Positions 27,050 through 40,217 of a DNA stretch of 64,000 nt are shown here, piece by piece. The notes beneath the pieces were generated by a model. That model was given only the letters and a program-made list of their open reading frames with translations, made no database searches and had not been told where the DNA came from. Both the position numbers and the translations under genes were made by a program. This stretch comes from Octopus sinensis (lineage: Eukaryota): assembly GCF_006345805.1 (NCBI RefSeq), contig NC_043016.1, forward strand, positions 31,682,001 through 31,746,000, given 5' to 3'. How positions within the stretch are numbered: the first letter of the stretch is position 1; each line of letters starts with the position of its first letter.

Positions 27050-28450
27050 CTGGTAGGCCAGAAGTTACACCAGGTTCCATTGTCTGATTTGGCTTGGTTT
27101 CTACAGCTGGATGCCCTTCCTAGTGCCAACCACTTTATAGTGTCTGCTGAGTGCTAGACGTGGCAAGCTGGAGAGCTGCACCAGGTTCCAATCTGATTTG
27201 GCTTGGTTTCTACAGCTGGATGCCCTTCCTAGTGCCAACCACTTTATAGTGTGTGCTGAGTGCTAGAGCTGGTAAGCTGGAGAGCTGCACAAGGTTCCAG
27301 TCTGATTTGGCTTGGTTTCTACAGCTGGATGCCCTTCCTAGTGCCAACCACTTTATAGTGTTTGCTGAGTGCTAGAGCTGGCAAGCTGGAGAGCTGCACA
27401 AGGTTCCAGTCTGATTTGGCTTGGTTTCTACAGCTGGATGCCCTTCCTAGTGCCAACCACTTTATAGTGTGTACTGAGTGCTAGAGCTGGCAAGCTGGAG
27501 AGTTGCACCAGGTTCCAATCTGATTTGGCTTGGTTTCTACAGCTGGATGCCCTTCCTAGTGCCAACCACTTTATAGTGTGTGCTGAGTGCTAGAGGTGGC
27601 AAGCTGGAGAGCTGCACAAGGTTCCAGTCTGATTTGGCTTGGTTTCTACAGCTGGATGCCCTTCCTAGTGCCAACCACTTTATAGTGTGTACTGAGTGCT
27701 AGAGATGGCAAGCTGGAGAGCTGCACCAGGTTCCAGTCTGATTTGGCTTGGTTTCTACAGCTGGATGCCCTTCCTAGTGCCAACCAATCTATAGTGTGTG
27801 CTGAGTGCTAGAGGTGGCAAGCTGGAGAGCTGCACAAGGTTCCAGTCTGATTTGGCTTGGTTTCTACAGCTGGATACCCTTCCTAGTGCCAACCACTCTA
27901 TAGTGTGTGCTGAGTGCTAGAGGTGGCAAGCTGGAGAGCTGCACAAGGTTCCAGTCTGATTTGGCTTGGTTTCTACAGCTGGGTGCCCTTCCTAGTGCCA
28001 ACCACTTTATAGTGTGTGCTGAGTGCTAGAGGTGGCAAGCTGGAGAGCTGCCCAAGGTTCCAGTCTGATTTGGCTTGGTTTCTACAGCTGGATGCCCTTC
28101 CTAGTGCCAACCACTTTATAGTGTGTGCTGAGTGCTAGAGGTGGCATGATGGAGAGCTGCACAAGGTTCCAGTCTGATTTGGCTTGGTTTCTACAGCTGG
28201 ATGCCCTTCCTAGTGCCAACCACTTTATAGTGTCTGCTGAGTGCTAGAGGTGGCAAGCTGGAGAGCTGCACAAGGTTCCAGTCTGATTTGGCTTGGTTTC
28301 TACAGCTGGATGCCCTTCCTAGTGCCAACCACTTTATAGTGTGTACTGAGTGCTAGAGCTGGCAAGCTGGAGAGTTGCACCAGGTTCCAATCTGATTTGG
28401 CTTGGTTTCTACAGCTGGATGCCCTTCCTAATGCCAACCACTTTACAGAG
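27050..28450 (-). repeat. Tandem array, 13 x 109 bp, derived from an RTE 3' UTR segment
   Basis: Anchor ctacagctgg recurs at 27101, 27210, 27319, 27428, 27537, 27646, 27755, 27864, 27973, 28082, 28191, 28300 and 28409 (exact 109-bp period). Preceded by the (ATC)n RTE tail at about 27000 and followed by ordinary RTE UTR. Confidence 0.97.
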
Positions 28451-30897
28451 TATACTGGTTGCTTTTTATGTGACACCAGCACAGGCAGGCTCACCAAGTA
28501 TCTTACGGGGACAAAACTCACTCAACAGGGAGCGGAGGTGTAGTATTGGGGTGGGGGATATGACATAATGCCAGTTGAGAGATTTAAGGTACAGAGGAGA
28601 CAGATATAGGTGTTGTGTTGAGTTGATAAACAAAGGAAAGTAAATTGGAGTGTAAGATAAAGAGAGCAATAGTGAGAGAGAGATAATGACAGAGATGTGT
28701 CAAGACATGCCCTCAAGGGACATGGAAGGTGGTGAGAATAGGTGAGGTAATATAGAAGTTGGGGCTGAATGAGTGAACAGGATGAAGTGACTACAGCGAA
28801 TGATGGAGAAAAATATAGGAGTGGGGCTCAGGGGCCCAGTAGACATTGAGGGTAATAGCAGGTAAGTGAGGAGTTGATGACAGAGAGCAGCATAAGGAAG
28901 AAGAGAGAGAAGACACAGAAAGAAAATGATTGATGGAGTCAGTAAGCAGAGGTGGTAGAAGAAGATAACTTATGGGAGGGGTGTGAAGGTAACTGAGAAA
29001 TCAGAGAGATGTAACATGTGCCTATTCTGCTCTCAGGTGATAAAAGTAATTGGTGTTAGAGAATGAAAAGTGGATGGGGGATAAAATATGGCTGGCGGGA
29101 GATGCTTGAAGGGTCAAGCCTCTCATAGACAAGCATCAATAAATTAAAGAAAAATGAGTTGAGAAACAACTCAGAATGGCTATTTCCATATTTAAGAGCA
29201 GCATAAACAAAAACAGGCTTATCAATGCCCATACAACATAAATTCTTGATTTATTACCTATAACTATCCTCTTAATCTCCACACAATAAATCATTTCCTT
29301 AATGGTACGTCAGCATTTGGATAATTTTGATTCTTGAGACTATCTCTTCTTTTCTCAGAATCTTTTTTGTAAATGAATTAAGTGTTTTAAGAATACATAT
29401 TCATTGCAAAATTCTCCTGTGACAAACACAACAGTGAATAATATATTCCTGTTTTAATCTATCAGATTTGATTTGTTTTGGTTTTTGCTGTTCACTATAC
29501 ATTTGTTAATTTATTATTGGTTAACAGACACTAAACTCTGCTTGCAAAGACCTGTTGAGGCAAATGAAATCAAAATCGAAATCATATTCAATGACTGGCA
29601 TCCGTGTTAGTGGAGCGCTAAGAGCACCAGCTGAGCGTGATCGTTGCCAGAACAGCAAACTGGCTTCTGTGCCGGTGGCATGTGAAAAACATTTGAGTGA
29701 GGTCGTTGCCAGTACCACTGGACTGGCTCCTGGGCAGGTGACACATAAAGAGCACCATTTGAGCGTGGCTGTTGCCAGTACCGCCTGACTGGCCCTCATG
29801 CTGGGGGCATGTAAAAAGCACCCACTACACTCTTGGAGTGGTTGGCATTAGGAAGGGCATCTAGCTGTAGAAACTCTGCCAGATCAGATTGGAGCCTGGT
29901 GCAACCATCTGGCTCGCCAGTCCTCAGTCAAATCGTCCAACTCATGCTAGCATGGAAAGCAGATGTGAAACGATGGTGATGATGATGATGATGAGATAGC
30001 ACAGATCAGTAAACAGATTGTTCTCAAATAAGCATGAAATGGTGTGCTCTGTCATGGTGCCAGTACCAGAGAGGAGTGCCTTGTATACAGTAAATGTAAA
30101 TGCTGATGATATTTAGTAAACTAAGGTGTGTAGACCAAAGAGGGGAATAACAGTAGGAGTAATGACAGCAGGAATGATAGCAATAGCTGGCAAGAATGTA
30201 AGTATGGGGCTTTTGCTCAGATAACCGAGGAGGGGAAAAGGAGAGACGGGAAAATGACAGTAGAAAGACCAGAAATGGTGATTAAAGGAGAAAGAATATG
30301 ATAGAGAAGGCAAGATTATTTGTGGTGGGAGCAGAGTTATTAACAACAGTTGAGCTGGACAAAAGTAAGGTAGGTAATAGTTGGCAATACAGGTGGCCCA
30401 TATGACAGAGTGATGACTAGAAAAATAGAAAACGTGAAGTATATATGTATGTATATATATATGTAAATAAAAAAGTATTATTGCTGTTATTAATAGTATT
30501 AATAAGGTAACAATAAATTGACTAGCAAGTTCACTCCATTACAGGCACAATATAAAGTAAATTTAGATTCAGTAGGGTATATGATACCACTTGCAATGCT
30601 CCAAAAACCACCATAAACTCATGATAAAGATACACACGAGCAATGCAATGAACATATGAGAAATAGGCTTACATTCACGTTGAATACATCAATAAGTAAT
30701 GTATATTTCAATATCAATTGATTTCATGCTTTGCATAACAAACATACTCTGCAATCTTTAGTTGAAAATAACATTTTAACATCTATTTCTAAAATATTCA
30801 CTGCATTAACTCATGTGCATTCCTTACTTAAACATCCTACTCTGTTTAAAAGAAAACTATTGTGAGCAAGAAAAATTTACCTGTATATATATATGCA

Positions 30898-30933
<36 letters not shown>

Positions 30934-31751
30934 TGTATGTATGTATGTATGTATGTATGTATGTATGTATGTATTTATGTATGTATGTATATATAGACCC
31001 AGGAAGGCCTGGGATGAGGTGGTGAAGCATGACCTCCAAACGTTGGGCCTCATGGAGGCAATGAGAAGTGATCAAGACCTTTGGAGATATGCTGTGCTTG
31101 AGAAGACTTGGCAAGCCAAGTAGGACCAGAATCATGGCCTATGCCAGTGCAGCATAACTGGCCCATTTAAGAGTACTCTTCAATCATTGGGCAATAAACT
31201 GCACTTGTGAAGACCTGTTGAGTCAAGTGAAGTCATTGCTGTGGTCAATGACAGTGCCACCTGACTGGTTCCTGTGCTGGTGGCATGTAAGAAGCACCAT
31301 TCAAGTGTGGTCCATGCCAGTACTGTCTGAGTGGCACATAAAAAGCACCCACTACACTCTCAGAGTGGGTGGCATTAGGACGGGCATCCAGCTATAGCAA
31401 ATTTACCAGGTCAGATTGGAGCCTGGTGCAGCCTTCTGGCTTGCCAGCCTTCAGTCAAGCTGTCCAACCCATGCCAGCATGGAAAGCGGACATTTAACGA
31501 CGACAACGATGATGATGATATATTTAATGAGTTTCTTTCAGTTTCTGTCTAACAAATCTACACACAATGCTTTTGTCAGCCCAAAGGCTATAGTAAAAGA
31601 CACTTGCCAAAGGTGTCACACAATGGGACTGAACCAAGAACCATGTGGTTGGGAAGAATAATAACCTCACAAATGCACGTGCAACAACGACTGTTCCAAT
31701 CTCATGTTTTCCCTTTCATCAAATAACATTCTTCAAGAAAGCATGTTGTTG

Positions 31752-32640
31752 TTTAACTCTTAGTTTGAAATATATTCTTGTTGTATGTTCAAACTGGCAT
31801 GGTCTGGCCTTTCACACCTAACCAACCATGTCATTCTGAAAATAAACAATCACATCATTGAAATCTTGAAGCAATGAGAGAAGATGTTATTAATTTGAAG
31901 CAATGTGAATAAATAAGCATTACGTTTGACAGAGAAATCTAAACACGAAAGGGTTAAACCAGACGTATACATATATATCTTTTTAGTATTTAAATTGGCC
32001 ATATCTGGACCAAATATTCTACCTGTTTTACGTTTAAACATAAAAGATCCAACCTCATACACCTATCCTACAATGTCATTCTAAAACTAAACAATCACAC
32101 CATTGGAATCTCAAAGCTACGAGATAAGTCATGATTTATTCAAAACAATGTGAATAAATAAACATTACATTTGGTAGAGTAATCTGAATGCTAAAGGGTT
32201 TTACACATGCCTATATATAAATATATATTCATTTAGTATTTAAACTGGCCATGTCTGGCCTAAATATTTTATCTGTTTTATGTTCAAACGTAAAAAATCT
32301 GGCTCCTTTCACCTGCTCTACAATGTCATTCTAAAATTTATCATAAATTTTGTCATAAATTTATGAAAGTCTTCAGAAATCATTGAAATCTCAAAGCTAT
32401 GCGATAATGCGTGATTAATTCAAAACAATGTGAATAAATAAGCATTACATTTGACAGAGTAATCTGAATGCTAAAGGCTTAAAACAGCCATATCTGGTCC
32501 ATTCTACTTGTTTTATGTTTTATGTTCAAAGTAGCTAGATCCAATCTTTCACACCTACCCTACAATGTCATTCTAAAAATGTACAATCATATCATTGAAA
32601 TCTCAAAGCTATTAGATAATGCATGATTGATTCAAAACAA
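31752..32640. mobile_element. Cluster of four same-orientation piggyBac-like (TTAA) MITE copies
   Basis: Units start at about 31752, 31982, 32232 and 32480 and end ...tttgacagagtaatctgaatgctaaagggttaa. Solo copies at 57668-57884 and 62516-62750 show ttaaccctttagca / tgctaaaaggttaa termini. Confidence 0.75.
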
Positions 32641-32659
32641 TATTAAGAAATAAATATTA

Positions 32660-33800
32660 ATAATAATAATAATAATAATAATAATGAAATTATTGTATAC
32701 AGTGCTCAGGTGCACCACAACTTGTCAAAAATGCGTATAAAGCATATGCAGTAATGTACAAATGTCTGGAAAGTGAACAGTGTATGAGTCAGATACATGC
32801 TTGTATGTGTATGGAGGGGAGAAAATCAGGTGTAGTGTTGGTGAATCTCAGGAAGCATGGAAGTTTTGAAGGATGCAGTGCTCCGACAACTAACAACTGA
32901 TGCCGGCAGTTTGTTCCATGCTTCAGCAATTCTTAGTGTGAAAAAATGTTTCCTGAAGTCATGGGAGCTGTGCTGTTTTCTGACTTTGTAAATATGTCCA
33001 CAGGTGTTAGACAGGTGGAGTTTGAAAAGGTGCTCAGAGTTATTGTTAGTAAGATGGTTAATAATTTATGGGTGTCTGCCAAGTCAGCTGCCAGACATCG
33101 GAGTTTCAATGTATCCATACCCAGGGAAGTAAGGCATTCAGAATATGGCAAATGCCAGATGGAGGGTATTTTCTTGGTTGCACGTCACTGAACAGTTTCC
33201 TGATGGTTAATATCCTGGGCAAGAAAAGGGTTCCAGACTGGTGATGCAAATTCAAGGTGAGGTCGTACCATAGCTATATAAAGCCGCAGATAGATAGCTG
33301 GAGAGTGGCTCACAAAGGACTTGGTGAGTGATGCCAAGACACCCTCAGTCTTCTTGGCAATTTTAGTAATGTGTTTTGTCCAATGCAAATCGCTGTTGAC
33401 AATAATGTCCAGGTCACGTTCACAAGAAGACTTTTTGAGATTAGTGTTGTGGAGGGAGTAAGTAGACTCTGGGTTTTTCCTCCCAAAATGCATGGTGGTA
33501 CATTTGTCCACAGCCAGTTTAAGTTGCCAGTCCATGATCCACTGCTGCATTATGTCCAGGTCTGATTGCAATAAAGATCTATAGTGTACAGGATCTGTCA
33601 TTAACATATGCAACAAATAAAAGGGGGCCAAGAACAGATCCCTGTGGTACACTAGATGTCATCTCATATGGTGAAGAGCGCTGTCCTAGAACTGTGACAA
33701 CCTCTTTTCGGCCGATAATGAAGGACTTCAACCAGTTATAGAGATCATCTCTTACACCCATTGCTGAGAGTTTCACCATAAGTCTTTTGACAGAGTTACC
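32660..33800 (-). mobile_element. 5'-truncated CR1-clade LINE (RT C-half, 3' end, (ATT)n tail)
   Basis: SSVPQGSVLGPLLFVAYVND, QSDLDIMQQWIMDWQLKLAVDKC, ERDLDIIVNSDLHW and YIAMVRPHLEFASPVWNP, with few disablements. (TAA)n tail at 32660-32685. Confidence 0.92.
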
Positions 33801-33868
33801 TGAATGCCAAAGGGTTAAGGCTGCAATGTTTAGCGTCTGTTCTCAGCATGTTAAGAGACCACATAGAG

Positions 33869-34224
33869 CACAGTATCCCAACCTTTTCTGCCTCAAGGCT
33901 TTCAGAAATCCATGGCACCCCTATTTGAAAATATAATATAACAGATGTTTTTTGATTCAACATCAATATAACAAAACTTTGTTCCTGGATAATAACATCT
34001 GTTTCAGAAAACTATGTCCTTTGATATAATAAACATAAAATAGATGACAATACAAAAAATGTAACAGACAACATTACAAAATATAAGGTGACAATAATAT
34101 CTATTGTTAAAATATTATCAAAATGTATTTTTGACTCTAAATGATCAATCATAATACCACATATGTATGTATATTTCACAACACCCCTCGGTTGATCTCG
34201 CAGCACACCTGTTGGGAACCTGTG
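33869..34224. mobile_element. hAT MITE
   Basis: TIRs cacagtatcccaac / gttgggaacctgtg. TSD acatagag / acttagag. Confidence 0.8.
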
Positions 34225-34636
34225 ACTTAGAGGCTTATTTTGTTGCTTCCAACATTCTAACCATTGGGTTCTTACCTATTGACATTTCCTATTTCATTTC
34301 ACAAATATCTTCTTTGTTTCCTGTTTACCTTTCACCAGTAACTTTACCTTGCGTAATTCCCAAATAAATAAATAAATAAATAAAAATACTTCCTCACTGC
34401 CCCCACAAACCAAAACAAAACAAGACGAAACAAAACAAAACAAAACATTGATTTGCATGACATTCTATTGTGTTAACCCCTCTCTGTTTTTTCTTTTTTT
34501 GTTCTAATGTGTGCATTGAGTGTCCCTTTCAATATTTTCTTATTTGTGAAGCAACAGAAGGGCAGTTGGCTGGTTAACTGGCTGGCTGGCCAGCTGGTTG
34601 ACAGGTTGGATGAACATGTGCTGCAGTGGTTGGTGG

Positions 34637-34688
<52 letters not shown>

Positions 34689-34976
34689 GGTGGTGGTGGC
34701 GTAATCATTTTTCCATTGTTTATCAAATATATTTACATTGTTCCTATTCCCTTGCCATTATTTTATTAAGAACCACCACCATATCCCCAATATACACCAC
34801 CACCATCACAACCACTATATCCACCGCTGCCATTACCTCACTGGTCTGTGAGAGAGGTCTGGACATGGTCCCATCCTTGAAATTTCTTTGGTCACCCATT
34901 ATTTTTTTTCCTTTACATTTTTTTTACTCCTGTTTCACCAGAAGGAATTGTCATGTCAATATCCCTATCTCTCAAC

Positions 34977-35018
<42 letters not shown>

Positions 35019-35178
35019 TTTCATTTTGTTTTTACAAGTAGTCAGAAATTTGGCTTTTTTTTAATCTTTTCTAGTATCTGATTATTTTCTTTTTTTTCAT
35101 ATTGTTTGACATTGTTCTCAAACTAGACTTATCTTGCTATTGGATGCATTTTTGTTGTAAATCTCTATAATCACCTGA

Positions 35179-35362
35179 ATGTATGTACATATTTATGTAT
35201 ACATACATGTGTATGTATATATATCTATGTGTGTATATATGTATGTATATGTGTATATAAGTATGTATGTATATGTGTATATAAGTATGTATGTATATGT
35301 GTGTATGTGTATGTATGTGTATGTATGCATGTGTGTTTTATGTGTGTGTATGTGTGTGTATA

Positions 35363-35398
<36 letters not shown>

Positions 35399-36001
35399 TG
35401 TATGTATGTATGTGTGTATGTATGTATGTATGTATGCATGCATGTATGCATGCATGCGTGTATGTATGTATGTGTGTATGTATGTATGTATGTATGCATG
35501 TATGTATATATGTATGTATGTATGCATGCATGCATGCTCGTATGTATGTATGTGTGTGTGTGTATGATGTATACATGCATGTGTGTATGTATGTGTATGT
35601 ATGTATGTGTATGTATGTATGTGCAAGTTTATGACTATGTGTGTGATTTTTACATATGAAAGCAAATACATAAGTATGTATGTATATGCATGCGTGTGTG
35701 TGTGCATTTATGTATGTATATATGAATGTGTGATTCTATGTACGAGAATGTAGATAGTAGCAATGTGCCTTCAGGTAAAACCTTAGAGATGGGTCAGGTG
35801 ACAAACACTGTACGCTGGCATACAGGTAGGGAAACCACCAATGGAAGAACATAAATGAAACAAAATAGAAATCTAAAGGAAATATATAAATAACAAAAAA
35901 AAACACTACATTTACTTTACTATTCACAGTGGTGTATACAACGATGTATAGAAACTTTTCACACTAATTTCTATGATCACGCAACCTGTCTTTTAAGGTC
36001 T

Positions 36002-36062
<61 letters not shown>

Positions 36063-36141
36063 GTGTGAGTGAGTGTGTGTGGATGTATGCAACTATATAT
36101 ATATATATATATATATACACCCACGCACAAACATTCATATA

Positions 36142-36172
<31 letters not shown>

Positions 36173-36480
36173 GGGTGTGTATGTGTGTGTATATATATAT
36201 GTATATGTACATGTATGTATATATATATACATATACACACATATATATATATACACATACATATATATGCATATGCATATATATAAATATATATATATAT
36301 GTATATATATATGTGTGTCTATGTACATACACACATGCACATGTACACGTATACATGTGTGTATAATGTTTGTGCATATGTGTATGTTGGTGTGTCCGTG
36401 TATGTGTGTGCATGTGTGAATATGTGTGTGTATGCATGTGTGTGTGTGTGTGTGTGTGTATGTGTTATTATATACATCCA
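35179..36480. repeat. Compound TATG/TG/TA microsatellite field
   Basis: Mixed (TATG)n, (TG)n and (TA)n tracts; source of many spurious ORFs. Confidence 0.95.
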
Positions 36481-37197
36481 CAAGCTATAAATACTTTGAT
36501 GGATGACAGCATGCATTGAAAAACAAATTTTAGAAAATAACAAAAGTAATAAAAGAACAATAAAAAAATAGATAAAAAAAAAAGTAGCATGATGGTTTGT
36601 TTTAACATAAGCATTACGCTAAAGAACTTTCTACCGGTGAATGTATAATGGTTCTATGAAGGTATTCAACTTTTCTCTTTGATTTCTCGGTTTTGTATCA
36701 CCATCTTAGAAAAGTTTGTCATTCTTGTTGCTTTAGTTGTTTTTTATCCCAGCTCAACTCTTATCGAGCAGACCCGATGATCAAAGGCATTCCGGCCATG
36801 GATATCCAGTCCCTTTAAGATTATATAAGACTCAAATGTACTCTTCCAACCCCACATTTTCTTTCTTCTTTGATTTTGCTTTAAAATAGTAGAATGTTAC
36901 CTAAGGGAATTTTAGCTGACGTTTCTAGCAATTGAAGCAGCCACATAGTGGTTCCTTCATTAGCATTGGGCATGTATGTAAAATATACTTTCATTCACAT
37001 TCTAAACTAATTTAAACTCAAGTCTTACAAAATCTTCCTATGACAATTTAGTAATGCTTTCTACTAAAGCCACAAGGCCTGAAATTTGGAGACTGCTTAT
37101 ATTCTTTTTATATCATTCTACCTTTCTTTCATTTTTATATCCAGCTCTATCTTTTCCTTCTTTTCAACTTTTACCGCCTTTTTACTTTCATCTACAC

Positions 37198-37500
37198 GTG
37201 GGGTCCTCAAACAGGGTTCACATGGACCCTGGAGGCCCATATAAGATTGGGGGGTGGGGTGCATGGCAATTTTTCAGGGGCCATGAAAGATTGTTTCAGA
37301 CCAGTAGAGTTTATGTACAATAAATTCGTTATACTTCTACAAGACACAAAATATTTTAACAATTTTTTACAGTTCTTAATAATATTTAATTATAAAAATG
37401 CAATAGGATTTTTTAAACATCAAATGGCTATGGGGCTCCATCCAAGGAAAATAGGAATTAAAGGGGTCCATAGATAAAAAAAAAAGGCTGAGAACCCCTA
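37198..37500. mobile_element. hAT (Charlie-like) MITE
   Basis: TIRs gtggggtcctcaa / ctgagaaccccta. Perfect 8-bp TSD atctacac. Confidence 0.85.
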
Positions 37501-37749
37501 ATCTACACCTTCTCCAATCTCTTTTTTTTCTCTTTCTAACTTTCTGTTTTACTTTCTTTCCATCTTTCTTTCTTTTTGTTTTTATTTCTTTTTTTTTTTA
37601 AATTTTATTCTCTGTAGGTTTTAAAAAAAAAAAATTAAATTCTATATTGTGTTATTAATCATTCTTGTGTTTTATTCATCATTCTCATTTTCATCATCTT
37701 CACCGTTTATCGTTATTTCTATGATGAACTCTTCTCTCAGCATAATCAA

Positions 37750-37975
37750 AATGATGACGACAATGACGATGATGACGATGACGACAATGATGATGATGAT
37801 GTTGATGATGATGATGATGATGATGATTGTCATCATCATAGTTGTCATCATTGAAATCACTACCACCACCTGCTTTCATTGCCAACACAGCCTTCACCTC
37901 CCCCTCCACCTCTCCCCCAACTCCGCCTCCTCCACCGCCAATACCACTTTTGACACTAACACCACCACCACCATC

Positions 37976-38008
<33 letters not shown>

Positions 38009-38010
38009 GA
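37750..38010. repeat. Compound trinucleotide tract (GAT/CAT/CAC/AAC)
   Basis: Visible directly. Confidence 0.9.
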
Positions 38011-38299
38011 CACCATGGTATGTCATCCCTTTCCAGTTCAATCAAAATTTCTATCTATAGCTTGCCTGCTTGGAAAGTTGAAACTTCTAATGTCAATATT
38101 TGTTTGCTTGTCTTCCAATCCAGGCCCAAGGATTTATCTCGGTCTTAGTCTATGACAATCAATATTTTGTTTATTAGCTTTTGTTTTTGTAAGAGAAGTC
38201 TTATGTTTTTATTTGTTTTGTTTTTCCTATTCTCTCTCTCTCCCACCCCCTCTCTCTTTCTTTCTTTCTTTCTTTCTTTCTTGATCTTATTGTCATTCT

Positions 38300-38328
38300 T
38301 GTCACTTACTACCTTTGTCTCTTTCAGA
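38300..38328 (+). promoter_or_regulatory. Candidate splice acceptor for a 5'-UTR-containing GRXCR exon
   Basis: Pyrimidine tract ending ctttgtctctttcag| (38327), followed by purine-rich sequence leading to the ATG at 38810. An alternative acceptor tttgtgtag| lies at 38759. Sequence pattern only. Confidence 0.3.
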
Positions 38329-38809
38329 ATCGAGAGAAATAATTTCCAGCCTTGATGAAAGCAAAAATAAGAATTACGGGCAACAGACAAAGAAAAACAA
38401 TGAAATCCTATACACATAAACTGAATCAGATTTTAATGAAAGTACCATTTAAATGAAGAGACATTTTGAAAGAAAGAATTTTGAGGAATTTTGGGGTGAA
38501 AAAAAAGCAAAAAACAAAAAACAGCTGCGGGATTTAATCAAACAGAACAACAAAAAGAACAGCTCAAGAACATAAGTGAAAAATAACGAAAGCAATGATT
38601 GAATACCATACAAAAACTTAAGATATTCACAAAGCATTTTGTAAAACAGCAGTGTCCATGACTTTTATATAGATTTAAGACATCTTTGAAATCATCTGAC
38701 CTTTCATATCATTAAGTTAATAAAAACTACAACAATAAAGGCTGTATATGTTTGTGTAGGAGAAGAAAAATTTATATTCAACTCAATAATAAAATTTATA
38801 GTATTTGAA

Positions 38810-39172
38810 ATGGATAACTCCCGAAATTTGAATATGTACTCCACGAAACATGTTAATAATAAGAATACAGATCAAGAAACCAAAAGTAAAGACAAGTCAA
38901 TAGCCGAGAAGAACTATTCCAAACTTAACAGTAACAATTTGTACAAACAAAAGAATTTGATTCCGCAGAAACCTGCAAACACTTGGTTCAATATGAATGC
39001 CGTGAAGACCCTGCCCCTTACAGAAAGTAATTTCGTTGGTCGAAGAGATGTGTCTGATCCAAACACTCTACAAGAAATTCGGATTACTAGTGCCAAAGGA
39101 ACTGTTCGGGGCTATAAGAATAGAGTCCGTGCCGGTATAGTGACATTTCTCAAAGAACAAAGTGATGGAGAG
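38810..39172 (+). CDS. GRXCR1: GRXCR-family (glutaredoxin domain-containing cysteine-rich) protein, first identified coding exon
   Basis: ORF contains IRITSAKGTVRGYKNRVRAGIVTFL, matching the SAKGTVRGVKNRVR motif I recall from invertebrate GRXCR (Drosophila CG31559-like). Donor GAG|gtatag at 39173, phase 0. The true start may lie upstream because the frame is open before the ATG. Confidence 0.85.
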
Positions 39173-39371
39173 GTATAGTATATTCTTTCATTCTTTCATT
39201 CTTTTATTCTTTTATTCTTTTATACATTTTAGTCAGTGGAATGTGGCCATATACGGGCCTTACATTCAAGGGTCTTAGTCAATAATAATGACTCTGGTAG
39301 TTATTTTAGCCTGGCACCTATTTTGAAGTTTAGTAGATAGAGACTGTTCAGGGGCTCTCAAATATTTAAAT

Positions 39372-39417
39372 ATGTATATATGTATGTATGTATGTGTGTT
39401 TGTATGTATGTATGTAC

Positions 39418-39448
<31 letters not shown>

Positions 39449-39822
39449 TGTATGTATGTATGTATGTATGTATGTATGTACGTACGTACGTACGTACGTA
39501 TGTATGTATGTATGAATGTTTGTATGTATGTATGTATGTATGTATGTACGTATGTATGTATGTATATATTTATATATGTATGTACGTATGTATGTATGTG
39601 TGTATGTATGTATGTATGTATGAATGTATGTATGTATGTATGAATGCATGTATGTATGAATGTATGTATGTATGTATGTATGTATTTATGTATGTATGCA
39701 TGAATATATGAATGTATGTATGTATGAATGTATGTGTATGTATGTATGTATGTATGCATGTATGTAGGAATTATGTATGTATGTATGTATGTACGTACAT
39801 ACATGTGTATGTACGTACATAC

Positions 39823-39853
<31 letters not shown>

Positions 39854-39945
39854 TGCATGCATGCATGCACGTATGTATGTATGTATGTATGTATGTATGT
39901 ATGTATGTATGAATGCATGTATGTAAATATGTAAGTATGTATGCA
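39372..39945. repeat. Degenerate (TATG)n microsatellite
   Basis: tatg/tacg/aatg variants. Confidence 0.95.
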
Positions 39946-39959
39946 TATCTCTTCTGTAT

Positions 39960-40217
39960 TTAACCATTTAAATTCTTCCTCTGAAGAAAGAGCTGGTTTC
40001 TAACAAAGATACAAAGCTCCTTCGTTGGAATGTAGATAATGGAAACAATGTAACATTTTAATCCTGAGAAAAGTCTCGCATAGTTCTACTGTTCCACTTA
40101 CAAATTGTATTTCTAATCCATGATACAGTTGGTTGATTTCATTTTCTGAAAATCCAAGCTTATCCAGACTGACACTTAGGTATTTACTTGCAAAACTAAG
40201 TTTACCAATTATTATTG
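39960..40217 (-). mobile_element. 3' stub of a probable RLE-type (R4/Dong-like) non-LTR retrotransposon
   Basis: Minus strand reads IPIIIGKLSFASKYLSVSLDKLGFSENEINQLYHGLEIQFVSGTVELCETFLRI, resembling the C-terminal PIIIGALG...LGF...SGTVKICKTFL pattern of RLE-encoding LINEs (from memory). Confidence 0.55.

Noticed and set aside
27050-28450. CRISPR-like or coding repeat array
   Set aside because: Units are near-identical along their whole length with no unique spacers, the DNA is eukaryotic, the unit is RTE UTR, and 109 is not a multiple of 3.
36540-36670. Possible non-coding first exon of GRXCR (donor-like gaag|gtattc at 36661)
   Set aside because: Only a weak donor motif; cannot be supported without transcripts.
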